Shown here one piece after another: positions 31,901-38,343 of a stretch of DNA of 64,000 bases; the first letter of the stretch is position 1; the number at the start of each line of letters is the position of its first letter. The position numbers were made by a program, and so were the translations under genes. The notes below the pieces were generated by a model that made no database searches, was not told where the DNA came from, and saw only the letters and a list, made by a program, of their open reading frames with translations. This DNA is from a virus, in IMG/VR virus record IMGVR_UViG_3300010389_000013, positions 9 to 64,008 of that record; one strand, 5' to 3'.

Positions 31901-34775
31901 CAGGTGCCTCATAAGTGATGCTGGTGTCCTTAGTCTGAGTCAGACCATGTGTACCAAAGATAAAGACATCTTCATTGCGTTGTACCTGAATTGCCATGTC
32001 CTTGGCATACTCAAATACACGAATTGACTCTTGCTCTTCACCAGTGATATGACTACCAGTTTCATAGAGATATGCAGCATCCCATGTCTCTGCGTTACCG
32101 CCATATGCAGTGTTCTCAGCAACTGCTTCTAGAACGTCTACAACGTCATCAATACAGTTCTGGTCACCACCAGGAACAGAGAAACCAGGGAAGTCAAGAT
32201 GCATTCTAGCAACTGCTTCTGCTGCGATGAAGTTCTTGTTAGCAAGGATAAGATCCTTTGCATCACCATAACGATCAGTTACGAGTTTCTTCTCAGAGTA
32301 AATTGCCTTCTGACCAATCTCAATGGTTGTGCTGTCAATAACACGCTTAACATAGGTGTTATCTGGGATGACAGGAGATGCAGGGCGAGTAGCACCATTG
32401 TTTAGTTTGCCATCAGTAAACTGAGAAGGATCGTAGTCAGCAACCAGCATACCAGTGACAATACCAGAAGTATCGCCAACATTGACAATTGAGCTAGCAG
32501 CAGTTGTTGAACAACCCTGACGCTGATATGAGAAGTTTCTCATCGCAGCAATTGCTAGATCTCTAGCGTAGTTGTAACCCTCTAGAGTCTCTGTTAGTTC
32601 ACCAGTGATGTATGATAGGTTATTACCAACGTAGTATGCTTCTGCTGCTTGTATGGTGTTGATGTTGCCACCGAGTCTCAAGTCTTGTACAGTAGCATCA
32701 ATTAGATAACCAATGTCACGACGGCACTTGTCAATCGTGATGTTCTCTTTGATTGTGATTGCTGGATACTTACCAGTGATGTATCCATATGCTTCATATG
32801 CAATGAATTCTTTGTTTTCTTCAATTCTGTTTGCAGCGTCAAGGTTCTTGTGGTTGATTGTGACGCCACTGGGATTCAAGATGTCAGCAGTTGCAGTAAA
32901 CTTCTTGAAACCATTTGGGGTTAGAGTTGCATTGAAGATGTTGTCAGCACCAGCACTTCTAGGTGTCAGTTTGACATAGAGTTTTTCATCAGTTCTTGTA
33001 CCGATTCTAAAACCATCAATAGACGCTGCTGGACGTGATGTTGGATCAAATCCATCATCATTGCCTAGGTATAGTTTGGTATGGTTGTTGGGATCGTTGG
33101 ATGCCTTAACGTCAAGCGTATAGTAAGCATTCTTCTTCGTGTTGCCAGTAGTTTCTGGAACAATCTGAGGAGGAATAATATCAGTGATGTATCCACCCTT
33201 ATCCTGGTTGAACGCAAATCCTTTGAAACCAATTGCGTGGAGTGAGGTGTTACCGAAGTTGGAGTTAGAGTTGGTGATGGACATGTCACCACCACTTTCC
33301 ATTAGGAAGTGATCAGCGAAACCAACAGCGAAGATAGAAACGTTCTGGATGAATGCGTCTTCAGTTGCTCTAACGTGGAAGTTTCTCCAGTCATCCTTCC
33401 AGTATGCATCACCCTTGGTGTGATAAGGAACCGTAGCAAATGCATCAGTTAGAGATGCTTGGTTAAAGGTATTAGTAAACTCGTCGTAACGGATGAATGC
33501 TCTATCGTCTTTCTGTAGCGAAACACCCGTATACTGAGCGATAACCATTGACTTAAAGCCTGTTGCCTTAAGACCGTTTGCCCAGATACCGCAAATACCC
33601 CAGGTAGAACGAATGGAGCAGTTAAAGACATATGGTGATGCAGACTCAACGGAGTCAACCTCTGCCTTAACAACAGCGTTAGCACTCAGACCATTCTGTG
33701 CCGTATAAGTTGTGCCGCTAACGAGACTTACAGTCGTTCCAAGGGCAGCAACTGTACCAGCAATCTGATAACTAAACTTCCTTGCATCTACAAGGTCAAT
33801 AGATGAAATTGGGAACGTACCATTGAGTTGATCGTCAAGACCATTGTTCTCAATAGCGATAAACTGGTTTTTGAAGTAACCGTGGTTAACTTTTGTGGTG
33901 ACTTCAACAGTGATGGTTCCTGCTGGTGAGGAATCTGTACACTTGATGCTCTCAATAGAGCGAAGGTCAGATAGAGGACCAACAATTCTAGTCTCCTGAA
34001 TTCTATCAGAGAATTCGCCAGGATCATCAATAGTTGGTTGATACTCAGAGAATGCCTTTGCAATCTTTTGATAGTACAGACCTAATTCTTCTTTGTCTGC
34101 ATATTCAAAGACAGTCAGTTTGTGGTGCGAATAGTTAGGAATCGCGAGTTGATCCCACTGACCATTTTGATAGTAAACTTTACCTACACCTTCGTTTCTA
34201 TCATAAAGTGGCGAAGATGGTTCTAGGTCACCGTCTTTAATGGTGAACTGCCAGAAGTAACATGCACCAGTTACGTTAAAGATTGCTGAACGTCTTTCTA
34301 GTTTATCAGCAGGATCAGGAACGTATAGTGGGCGAACAACGGTTCTACGAAGGTCATAACCAACGAGGGATGAACCTCTAGGTAAGATAGCACCACCTTC
34401 GGTGTTGTTGAAGAGATATAGTTTGTTGTTTGGATCAGAAATGTCTAGGTTTGAACTATCAGTCCACTCGTTTAGTGCTTGATCAAACGAAAAAGCATCA
34501 ATACCATTAGTATCTACAAGACCTGGGCGGTTATCAATATAGTGATTACCAGGCATCAACATGATCGTGAACTGGTCAAAACGATCATTGTCAGGACCAG
34601 GAAGATACGAATACCTAGCGATTTCTAGGAATGCTCTCTGGATAGACTTGAATGGTCTAATTGGTGAATTACCTCTGTTATTCAGCTCATCCGACGCATT
34701 AAAATCGTCAGGGGAGACATACAAATACTTACCAGTTTTAGAGCTGATAAGGTTGTCAAGTCTAGTCAAAGCCAT
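22959..34775 (-). CDS. giant (about 3940 aa) tail fiber / virion structural protein
   Basis: Uninterrupted ORF; MALTRLDNL...YV N-terminus, beta-helix-like first 600 aa, internal tandem repeats; late promoter upstream. Confidence 0.9.
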   Translation of the reverse strand: MALTRLDNLISSKTGKYLYVSPDDFNASDELNNRGNSPIRPFKSIQRAFLEIARYSYLPGPDNDRFDQFTIMLMPGNHYIDNRPGLVDTNGIDAFSFDQALNEWTDSSNLDISDPNNKLYLFNNTEGGAILPRGSSLVGYDLRRTVVRPLYVPDPADKLERRSAIFNVTGACYFWQFTIKDGDLEPSSPLYDRNEGVGKVYYQNGQWDQLAIPNYSHHKLTVFEYADKEELGLYYQKIAKAFSEYQPTIDDPGEFSDRIQETRIVGPLSDLRSIESIKCTDSSPAGTITVEVTTKVNHGYFKNQFIAIENNGLDDQLNGTFPISSIDLVDARKFSYQIAGTVAALGTTVSLVSGTTYTAQNGLSANAVVKAEVDSVESASPYVFNCSIRSTWGICGIWANGLKATGFKSMVIAQYTGVSLQKDDRAFIRYDEFTNTFNQASLTDAFATVPYHTKGDAYWKDDWRNFHVRATEDAFIQNVSIFAVGFADHFLMESGGDMSITNSNSNFGNTSLHAIGFKGFAFNQDKGGYITDIIPPQIVPETTGNTKKNAYYTLDVKASNDPNNHTKLYLGNDDGFDPTSRPAASIDGFRIGTRTDEKLYVKLTPRSAGADNIFNATLTPNGFKKFTATADILNPSGVTINHKNLDAANRIEENKEFIAYEAYGYITGKYPAITIKENITIDKCRRDIGYLIDATVQDLRLGGNINTIQAAEAYYVGNNLSYITGELTETLEGYNYARDLAIAAMRNFSYQRQGCSTTAASSIVNVGDTSGIVTGMLVADYDPSQFTDGKLNNGATRPASPVIPDNTYVKRVIDSTTIEIGQKAIYSEKKLVTDRYGDAKDLILANKNFIAAEAVARMHLDFPGFSVPGGDQNCIDDVVDVLEAVAENTAYGGNAETWDAAYLYETGSHITGEEQESIRVFEYAKDMAIQVQRNEDVFIFGTHGLTQTKDTSITYEAPELVKDRYGDARDLILANKNLIANEAVERMLTVYPAFSVPGGNQNCIDDVVDLLEAVADNLAYGGNDKTWDASYSYVHGAHVAGEEAETNYVFEQAKEMAAQVMRNQKVLVVGSHGLSQTYDNTITYEEPDPVVDRNGDARNLIIANKNLIAYEAYDLMLANNPGFTTPTGNAQDCIDDIMDFVEEVTYNTAYGGNDRTWDMANLYVQGAHVAGEESQTVESLNFARDLMIQAMRNDPITIAGSHGFTQTFDNTITIDAATQCADVASTITDLTLIVTNAVTTPASLAGVARSVSVGSCEDARTTINTLFGIVQNAVLTPSSLNSIQRTVSNGSCQNVASAITTLFQIITDTIANPGYLESIERQPSPLGLAFGPSVNANANSTNSYLYFTLTAGTYTSEYTPTVDETITQHTTYPECVDQANTIRQYFANITTIIQTGLNTVPRNEPTQLTTELASRATVWTLRDGSGSNPHDLETGTPIRLVPRPRYDTVTNQYVDVDKRKIRLPNGFTTNEKYYVIAPGRTTKPEDYSSAGSFDGSDQTKLMLASSKENAAAGIYIHSAEVEAIDPDIEIDVYQFVLDDNYDLHQYSCVLDTAVNSGIRTDVPHIFDVPFNNITGHQVFFRANEGGALPLVGAAYAADPSVADGNGRIKEDRFFWARYQNEKVFTIHATKADAIGDVNPITFQPGTYDFSAFADKRESPMRFDPTYPTPGTTPTVYGKWYLQVENHSENSSDPEYDYSILTRFHETAYSDLSGQDKTNDSWFERIKDERDADERIYRLRYVIPKYLQAVRDPINGFSIKMRKDETRKLLPQKLVLRPVAGSVTKARFFNPVQLNEVIGYTAQDFITNSLNEENAYDPFKKDIVGGTQYAKIIETQNYVSMTIQSGRYFIDANDGNEYLEMTVFDQGITNLGLLNETFTTVKITAPQGGTFVADRTQSLDATNRIEWFGNSSGYGYLHAVLNVPGTNEWHLILKGVVGKIDYSQFDNIRFSQGAVFADLLADADFGKSLYIKDLIAKGYPEYYYRQNGAAVYSVTPGDIITDDANIQYYVESVTDAGELEDTFYIFDTEEIQRRIFGQQDGIYYLTAVRGNISPFPTGAGNQGNFRNFKFSQPISKLYPLNYKNDPLWFKQLDATEVDPPATYSAADNYTHGLVTVNDFKGSMTREMALDFTSQPALSQNTYTQVSSTVDNRLRAQKGNASSGSEDRRIPIAGDSTVVSDQRLYVELRRPSIARAGNHTFEYLGFGPGNYSTGLPARQEIVLTPTQDFYAQSKKQDGGLVFYTGLNSNGDLYIGNRKIDAITGEEEFLESAQLVDSDDDTEDIGNLVTTFDTPVTFNEYITVNGGDAQDRPSTFNSPVVINVLGRVRDYALQVISNVSPSDGDDGSLDKTNQFLNQDTNGDIVIARNRVAASVFQFNPRGSNGAAQGYKIQNHVVGSEGSNMAPNQTPLYSTGLGTSLDSLQAVQYGNAGGPKAGDMLLKGNEVGRTGSLGWIYANFFAIVPTANIANLQMNGSTVITINWGNNLSNEQIGVTSGSQIRISNFSDSGFNGTWQIIANGFDPTAQSCQIAIVENRGNVSNDNPRLWSAEYALNPNVRMEFSNSSWKEFGVLGAESIRTTTGTIGDFKLGINTVARAEHDAYQTAWTDVNTDPRANLDVVGTAFISGKTISDFLDHSVYANRTEVAQDNALLVGGDSATPNNEATLRVATTNGGRVGINVTNAELDRALVVDGLSRFTDDARFEHDIEVNGDDGTVAEVRTSQTTGTVNLFTDTPFVGTLNVGNKVGTLNLLNTTTEDQFIYVGNASLHSNIWIGNTPDTESNISKITIGGAYNNNESLSFTQIGTKSFKTAGDFQLGTRRGLTDTVRLSSTAGTVEFFAGNSATSVLDFATNASQITIGGQGGSTTIRNNLIVDSTARFNSDMTLCGGFASYSFVATRAQAGSNRIAHVTGILGNNLFNSNVDLIDVQRYVSGDSQYNEVDTVGSGNWGGVNYQQEITNIGGNPEIEPQTLPALTGNQYYLPLLRESLDANGNPYFQENDILLIDSPDSATASVVEAQFGTYLDGNAPQGIIADVGGGVRVFNSGTGVGNDGGFDAGQRYLGFRSIFQETTTGPRYVTFSEIDASFLNNNGSVTSVEIDVFVGNGSNGGEIPDAENEGLQIRYSTDNGVTWTSAGFIAPTDLTDNDPSTWPTFVRWVDQSKNYATLQLDIPIQSQGAGVTFQIYQQVISGYQYDNYGITNFRYNTNSVGSNVEFVRVVSLPRISIAPYYIVVEREPFGTFTGVSTAHPDRTAIYKCIVQFDATWTEQAIDDVGNDENVYLAQFGGSIAIGDYVIIGRESSANNSVFDIGEVFKVKELLDQIAKKFKIKNGCDTANEETVFEVDTTTGDTIFNSETTTINGQLSINGSCTTPFTNAPTNNKLTITNGNTIPITTFEVDTCTGDTTIGNVHGTVFMVAEAFGTSPAAYTADTDAVHVYRHNPQSVISGGPFTTLATSIVAATSNIQIQSNLDAFSVGDLCAMYVDGSQIEIIQITDTPYEQSGNFFLPTSSNAGYPTGGRGKEGTTAQNFAAGVNVVKLDKYDRTTTLLHDIPATQGARATALKARTPNTSDLRLEITLRDADLISPKLDYITLVRIGNEFFLPDSVDGSLDAFFAIKLPKSIRYPNAVTTPIVDLFGGGNTKIYDDVTLYSGAFRMYGSDGQTLVLSISNDDGHAGDGSIEDPIENTNGMTLKGAATFYGDLKVYYDDCQQNGICSTETSFRVTNREGDVYLGERYYQKGKLYEDEQGTEVMFHIDNLGGTGVGGTEGAKDFRIYQNNAIDSFGIEKYWTGNGGRRHTYVAFDPTTGIGQQQDNPLQVNNNYMVNASSGSNMVLYLPDNAQTGDMIRFVELSGNLTYNTSLIIRAKKINNIATAIQGDTTGSRIDAGANQTLTTAWDSGELVIQSRNASFGLVYAGSVDIEGSADARTIPPSLRGWWLMEL
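31116..32276 (-). repeat. three tandem about 129-aa (387-nt) coding repeats in the giant fiber gene
   Basis: DRYGDAKDL / DRYGDARDL / DRNGDARNL begin at 32276, 31889 and 31502; each unit has CIDD and YGGN..TWD. Confidence 0.9.
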
Positions 34776-34815
34776 ATTACTCAACCGCTGCGGTTACTAA
34801 GATCTGATCTCAGAT

Positions 34816-34823
34816 TATTTATA
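34816..34823 (-). promoter_or_regulatory. T4-type late promoter TATAAATA
   Basis: Perfect consensus about 40 nt upstream of the giant fiber gene. Confidence 0.85.
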
Positions 34824-34843
34824 CAACTCTAATGGGCGGTTTA

Positions 34844-34917
34844 CGGGACTGATGGGACTTGAACCCACGGCACCCTGCGTGACAGGCAGGTACTCTAACC
34901 AACTGAGCTACAGCCCC
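34844..34917 (-). tRNA. trnD: tRNA-Asp(GUC)
   Basis: GGGGCTGTAGCTCAGTTGG...CCTGC-CT-GTC-AC-GCAGG...GGTTCAAGTCCC; no encoded CCA. Confidence 0.95.
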
Positions 34918-34920
34918 AAA

Positions 34921-34992
34921 CTCCCAAGGCAGGATTTGAACCTGCGACCGAGCGATTAACAGTCGCCTGCTCTGCCGCTGAGCTACTTGGGA
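34921..34992 (-). tRNA. trnN: tRNA-Asn(GUU)
   Basis: TCCCAAG acceptor stem, anticodon arm GGCGA-CT-GTT-AA-TCGCT, T-loop GTTCAAAT. Confidence 0.95.
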
Positions 34993-35017
34993 ATGTTCGC
35001 TATTTGCGAATAGCGAA

Positions 35018-35089
35018 TGGAGAATAGGGGATTTGAACCCCTAACCCCCTGCTTGCAAAGCAGGTGCTCTACCGTTGAGCTAATTCCCC
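35018..35089 (-). tRNA. trnA: tRNA-Ala(UGC)
   Basis: GGGGAAT/ATTCTCC-A stem with G3:U70; anticodon TGC. Confidence 0.95.
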
Positions 35090-35093
35090 GAAA

Positions 35094-35368
35094 GGGGCAT
35101 TTCACCCCAAAGAGTCTGTTGGATTAGAAGGTAGACTTAACCCCCATCTCCCCTTATGGGTCAGGCAACAGCAGCTGCTTGACGGGAGAATGCAACGATG
35201 TTATTCGCTGCGGTGTCAGATGTGTTTGCATCTATTTGGTGCTTATCCAAGCAGGTTTCAGTCACGCTCCTTATACCCCGTCAAAACCATGGCACCCCCT
35301 CGCATGGAGGTGAGGGGAATTGAACCCCTGTCCGAAATGTAGGTGGCGTCACCTATTCTCTCAAAAGA
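35094..35368 (-). ncRNA. ssrA: circularly permuted (two-piece) tmRNA, cyanobacterial type
   Basis: T-arm GGGGTTCAATTCCCC and acceptor 3' strand CACCTCC-A (35312-35305); 5-nt spacer TGCGA; 5' strand GGGGGTG (35299-35293, G3:U70) then CCATGGTTTTGACGGGG; tag frame ending NNIVAFSRQAAAVA-stop (35161); terminal hairpin 35094-35108. Confidence 0.93.
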
Positions 35369-35373
35369 GAGAA

Positions 35374-35447
35374 AGCCACAAGTCGGACTTGAACCGACGA
35401 CCTACGGTTTACAAAACCGTTGCTCTATCCAGCTGAGCTATAGTGGC
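35374..35447 (-). tRNA. trnT: tRNA-Thr(UGU)
   Basis: GCCACTA acceptor stem, arm ACGGT-TT-TGT-AA-ACCGT, GGTTCAAGTCC. Confidence 0.95.
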
Positions 35448-35904
35448 GTATAAACTCTAGGTGTCCCCATTGAGAACCCCAGATTTTTTGGTTTGTCTTC
35501 GGGTCAATCCCCGAGTCCATAACCTTGTAACTATTGTAACCTAAGATGATGTCGTTTGTCAAGTACGTTGTGACGCCTTTCCAATTGACCCAGCAGTTAC
35601 AATCTGTATTGTGACCGTGGTACTCGTTTCCCACCGACTCAAATATTGTATCACATCCCTCTTTGTATGTCAAACCATCTAGAGTGAAATTTTTGACGCG
35701 AAATTTTTTCCCTTCTGGGCAAATACGCATCCGAAATTCCCTGTATGGATTGTTCTGGGAATGATAGTATGCTTGCTTACCATAGAACCAATCTTCATCA
35801 ATTCTCTGGTGGGTGATGATTATCCTAGCATATCGCGTAGGATGCTTCATTGCTTGTAAACGATTATCAAATGTGCCTTCTAGATAATCATGAAACTGAG
35901 TCAT
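35425..35904 (-). CDS. cpeT: CpcT/CpeT-like bilin lyase, copy A
   Basis: LEGTFDNRLQA..HP..YA.I...H...NPYR...DSG.D....IWGS. Confidence 0.85.
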   Translation of the reverse strand: MTQFHDYLEGTFDNRLQAMKHPTRYARIIITHQRIDEDWFYGKQAYYHSQNNPYREFRMRICPEGKKFRVKNFTLDGLTYKEGCDTIFESVGNEYHGHNTDCNCWVNWKGVTTYLTNDIILGYNSYKVMDSGIDPKTNQKIWGSQWGHLEFIRHYSSAG

Positions 35905-36169
35905 CAGGCATTAGGTCAGGATTACAAACTTCAACTTGAAACAAGAGTGGGTGACATTCTTCAGAGATTAGATAGTCAGATGCCCTATACATGTACTCCA
36001 TTGTGAATTCTGGATTCAAAGCACATTCGGACAAGATCCACTTATCTTGCTTTTGATCATCTTCAAGAGTATCAAAAGTAAATGGCATTCCTGCAATGAA
36101 GTACATTTTCACTGGAACGTTATCCACAAAGCAATGCATTGTTGAGATTTCGTATCCAGCAAACGCCAT
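35888..36169 (-). CDS. conserved cyanophage hypothetical protein
   Basis: 93-aa ORF in the pebS-cpeT operon; start uncertain. Confidence 0.7.
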   Translation of the reverse strand: MAFAGYEISTMHCFVDNVPVKMYFIAGMPFTFDTLEDDQKQDKWILSECALNPEFTMEYMYRASDYLISEECHPLLFQVEVCNPDLMPDDSVS

Positions 36170-36192
36170 CGGTTTATTGCAGGTTGTTGCAG

Positions 36193-36831
36193 TTATTTAT
36201 CAGCATATGAAAACAAAAAGTTGTTAACGTAATCTTCTGAAAAGTCTTTGCCAAACTTACTTGCCATATATCCAGCAACAGGGTCTAACTCCAGCATATA
36301 CTTGTCAAAATCAGCATAATAAGAGGTATCATGCTCGGTGGGTCTAGCAAATGCCAGCAACTCTTCATATGCTCTCACATATCGCTTGAAATTATTCAAG
36401 TGATTTGGGATCTCATCACGTGTACATTTGCGAACATAAATGTACCGAGAGAAGTGATTTCCTGCCTCAAAGAATCTGATATCTTTGTCAGTATTGTCAA
36501 TCATGTCACTCAGCAAGTATAGAATCACTGGATGATTGAAATCTTTATGTGGGGTAGGATGCTGGAAGTCAAAAACAAGAATAACTTTCTTCTCAAAGAA
36601 ACACATCAAGTCCATGCCGAAGCAAGGAAGATCTTCACCTGTCTTTGGATAGACAATATTGTTATAGATGTCTGTCTCTCCACATCTAATAATTGTCTCT
36701 CGTGACTTTAATACATGACTTCCAGTGTAGAGTTTTGACTCCAGCACTGCATCTTTAGACACTGAATGAGACGACTCATGCTCTTCCAGTTTCAGGTGAT
36801 CTACAAGAAAATCTCTATACTCTTTCCACAT
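36193..36831 (-). CDS. pebS: phycoerythrobilin synthase (ferredoxin-dependent bilin reductase)
   Basis: DIYN..YPKTG.DLPCFGMDL, VFDFQHP, RFFE.GNHFS, ELDPV.GYM..KFG; both catalytic-type Asp residues present; start MWKEY. Confidence 0.92.
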   Translation of the reverse strand: MWKEYRDFLVDHLKLEEHESSHSVSKDAVLESKLYTGSHVLKSRETIIRCGETDIYNNIVYPKTGEDLPCFGMDLMCFFEKKVILVFDFQHPTPHKDFNHPVILYLLSDMIDNTDKDIRFFEAGNHFSRYIYVRKCTRDEIPNHLNNFKRYVRAYEELLAFARPTEHDTSYYADFDKYMLELDPVAGYMASKFGKDFSEDYVNNFLFSYADK

Positions 36832-36846
36832 GTTTGTACTCAATAA

Positions 36847-36930
36847 TAGGAGTGGGGGGACTTGAACCCCCACGAGTTAATTCTCAGCGGATTTTAAGTC
36901 CGATACGTCTACCGATTCCGTCACACTCCC
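36847..36930 (-). tRNA. trnL: tRNA-Leu(UAA)
   Basis: GGGAGTGTGACGGAATCGGTAGAC...TCGGA-CT-TAA-AA-TCCGC, long variable arm, GGTTCAAGTCC. Confidence 0.95.
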
Positions 36931-37397
36931 AAGGGTTTGTCTGTTTTCTGGAATTCATATATGACATTGCTGCCCCATACTACTTTTCCATCTCGCCATC
37001 CTTGGTCTCTACTCTTATAGTAGGAACCGTTGAACTTCACGGTAGATTTTAGCATACCGCCGTTGATAATGCAAGCATCAGTTTTCACTCTGCCATCATA
37101 ATGATCTCCAGCATCAAAGAACATCATATCACAGCAGTGATTGTGTTCTTTCCAGTCTGGTTCCCAGTTCTGAACTATGATAACTCCTTGCTGCTCAAAG
37201 ACTTTATGCCATTTTTGCCTGTAAGGATTATCTTCACCTATGTAATGATACCACTGCTTTGATTTAAACAAATTGTCACCGATACGCTCCCACTTGAGTT
37301 TGATGTGGGCATATCTGGCAGGATCTCTTGCTGCTTGAAACCAATTGTCGTAGAACCCTTCAAGTTTATCACAAAATTCTTTTACCACAACCAACAA
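36921..37397 (-). CDS. cpeT: CpcT/CpeT-like bilin lyase, copy B
   Basis: LEGFYDNWFQAARDPARYAHI...NPYRQ...CDM.F...D.G...WGS. Confidence 0.8.
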   Translation of the reverse strand: MLVVVKEFCDKLEGFYDNWFQAARDPARYAHIKLKWERIGDNLFKSKQWYHYIGEDNPYRQKWHKVFEQQGVIIVQNWEPDWKEHNHCCDMMFFDAGDHYDGRVKTDACIINGGMLKSTVKFNGSYYKSRDQGWRDGKVVWGSNVIYEFQKTDKPLGV

Positions 37398-37963
37398 ACT
37401 CCAGAATAACGAATACCTGTTTGAACCTCGGTTACTCTATGTGGATACAGGTATATGGAAGGAAACATAATAATATCACCCTTACCTAGGGTTACAAAAT
37501 AATCATCCCAAAAAACGAGATCACCACCAGTATAATCATCATTAAAATTTATAATAACACTGGTAACGGGTATGCCTTTTGATTTACCATCAAATAATGA
37601 GTAAATATGATCAAAATGTGGTCGCATCATCTGACCAACTTCATACTTATTAAGTCTAAGATTAGAATATTGGTAGAAAGAAACTGAAGCATTAGCATTG
37701 TTTTCAAAAGATTCCGTTTCTTGATAATAATTAATGCTATCAAAAAGAAAAGGATGAATTATTTTTTGAATGTCTGGTTGAGGCATTAATACTGATAATT
37801 CTTTAGTATCTTCAGAATAAGATGAATCCGATCCTTTATCATACCAAGAGTGTTTTTCCCAAGAACGATCTTCTATATCAGAAACTATACCATCACATAT
37901 TTTAGGTGGTATTACACTTTTTCTATGTAGAATATGATCACTTAGTTTAGATGAAGATTGCAT
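37382..37963 (-). CDS. 2OG-Fe(II) oxygenase
   Basis: PHFDH, YTGGDL, IMFPS..LYPHRVTEV..G.RYS. Confidence 0.9.
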   Translation of the reverse strand: MQSSSKLSDHILHRKSVIPPKICDGIVSDIEDRSWEKHSWYDKGSDSSYSEDTKELSVLMPQPDIQKIIHPFLFDSINYYQETESFENNANASVSFYQYSNLRLNKYEVGQMMRPHFDHIYSLFDGKSKGIPVTSVIINFNDDYTGGDLVFWDDYFVTLGKGDIIMFPSIYLYPHRVTEVQTGIRYSGVCWLW

Positions 37964-38202
37964 TATGAAAACATTCCTTTATCACTCATGTATTTAAGAG
38001 TCTCCTTCAAATTGCCACGATGATCTAAACCAATAGCAATTTGTGGATACTCTGCTTCTGATCCAAATTCTGCTCTAAACTGTTTGTCACTGAAATCAGC
38101 ACCCAGTAAGAATTCTTTTACATCCTGACCACATGCCTCAAGAACCATAACTGCACGTTCAGATTCTTGACTACCGTTACCATAAACTAGTGCTTGAATC
38201 AT
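37963..38202 (-). CDS. glutaredoxin-like protein lacking CxxC
   Basis: Thioredoxin-fold pattern (F..EFG...YPQI...GNLKE). Confidence 0.65.
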   Translation of the reverse strand: MIQALVYGNGSQESERAVMVLEACGQDVKEFLLGADFSDKQFRAEFGSEAEYPQIAIGLDHRGNLKETLKYMSDKGMFS

Positions 38203-38343
38203 TTTTGTTCGTGGTTGTACTCAATTACAATTTTTTCGTGTTTGGTAGTTCTATCACAGCAAGTGTAATACTTTGCTTCACCACCTAATATCTTACAAAT
38301 ATTGTCTAGTTGCGTTTTAACAGCAAATTTTCTAAAATCTTCG

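Noticed and set aside
23249-34063. Many 60-140-aa alternative-frame ORFs in the giant fiber gene
   Set aside because: Expected off-frame openings in an 11.8-kb gene; no RBS or motif support
35086-35097. CCCC-GAAA-GGGG hairpin as a plus-strand terminator
   Set aside because: Formed by overlap of the tRNA-Ala 5' end with the tmRNA terminal stem; no U tract or plus-strand gene
36832-36873. Longer pebS start (MGVQVPP...)
   Set aside because: Lies inside the tRNA-Leu T-arm; MWKEY at 36831 fits the family better
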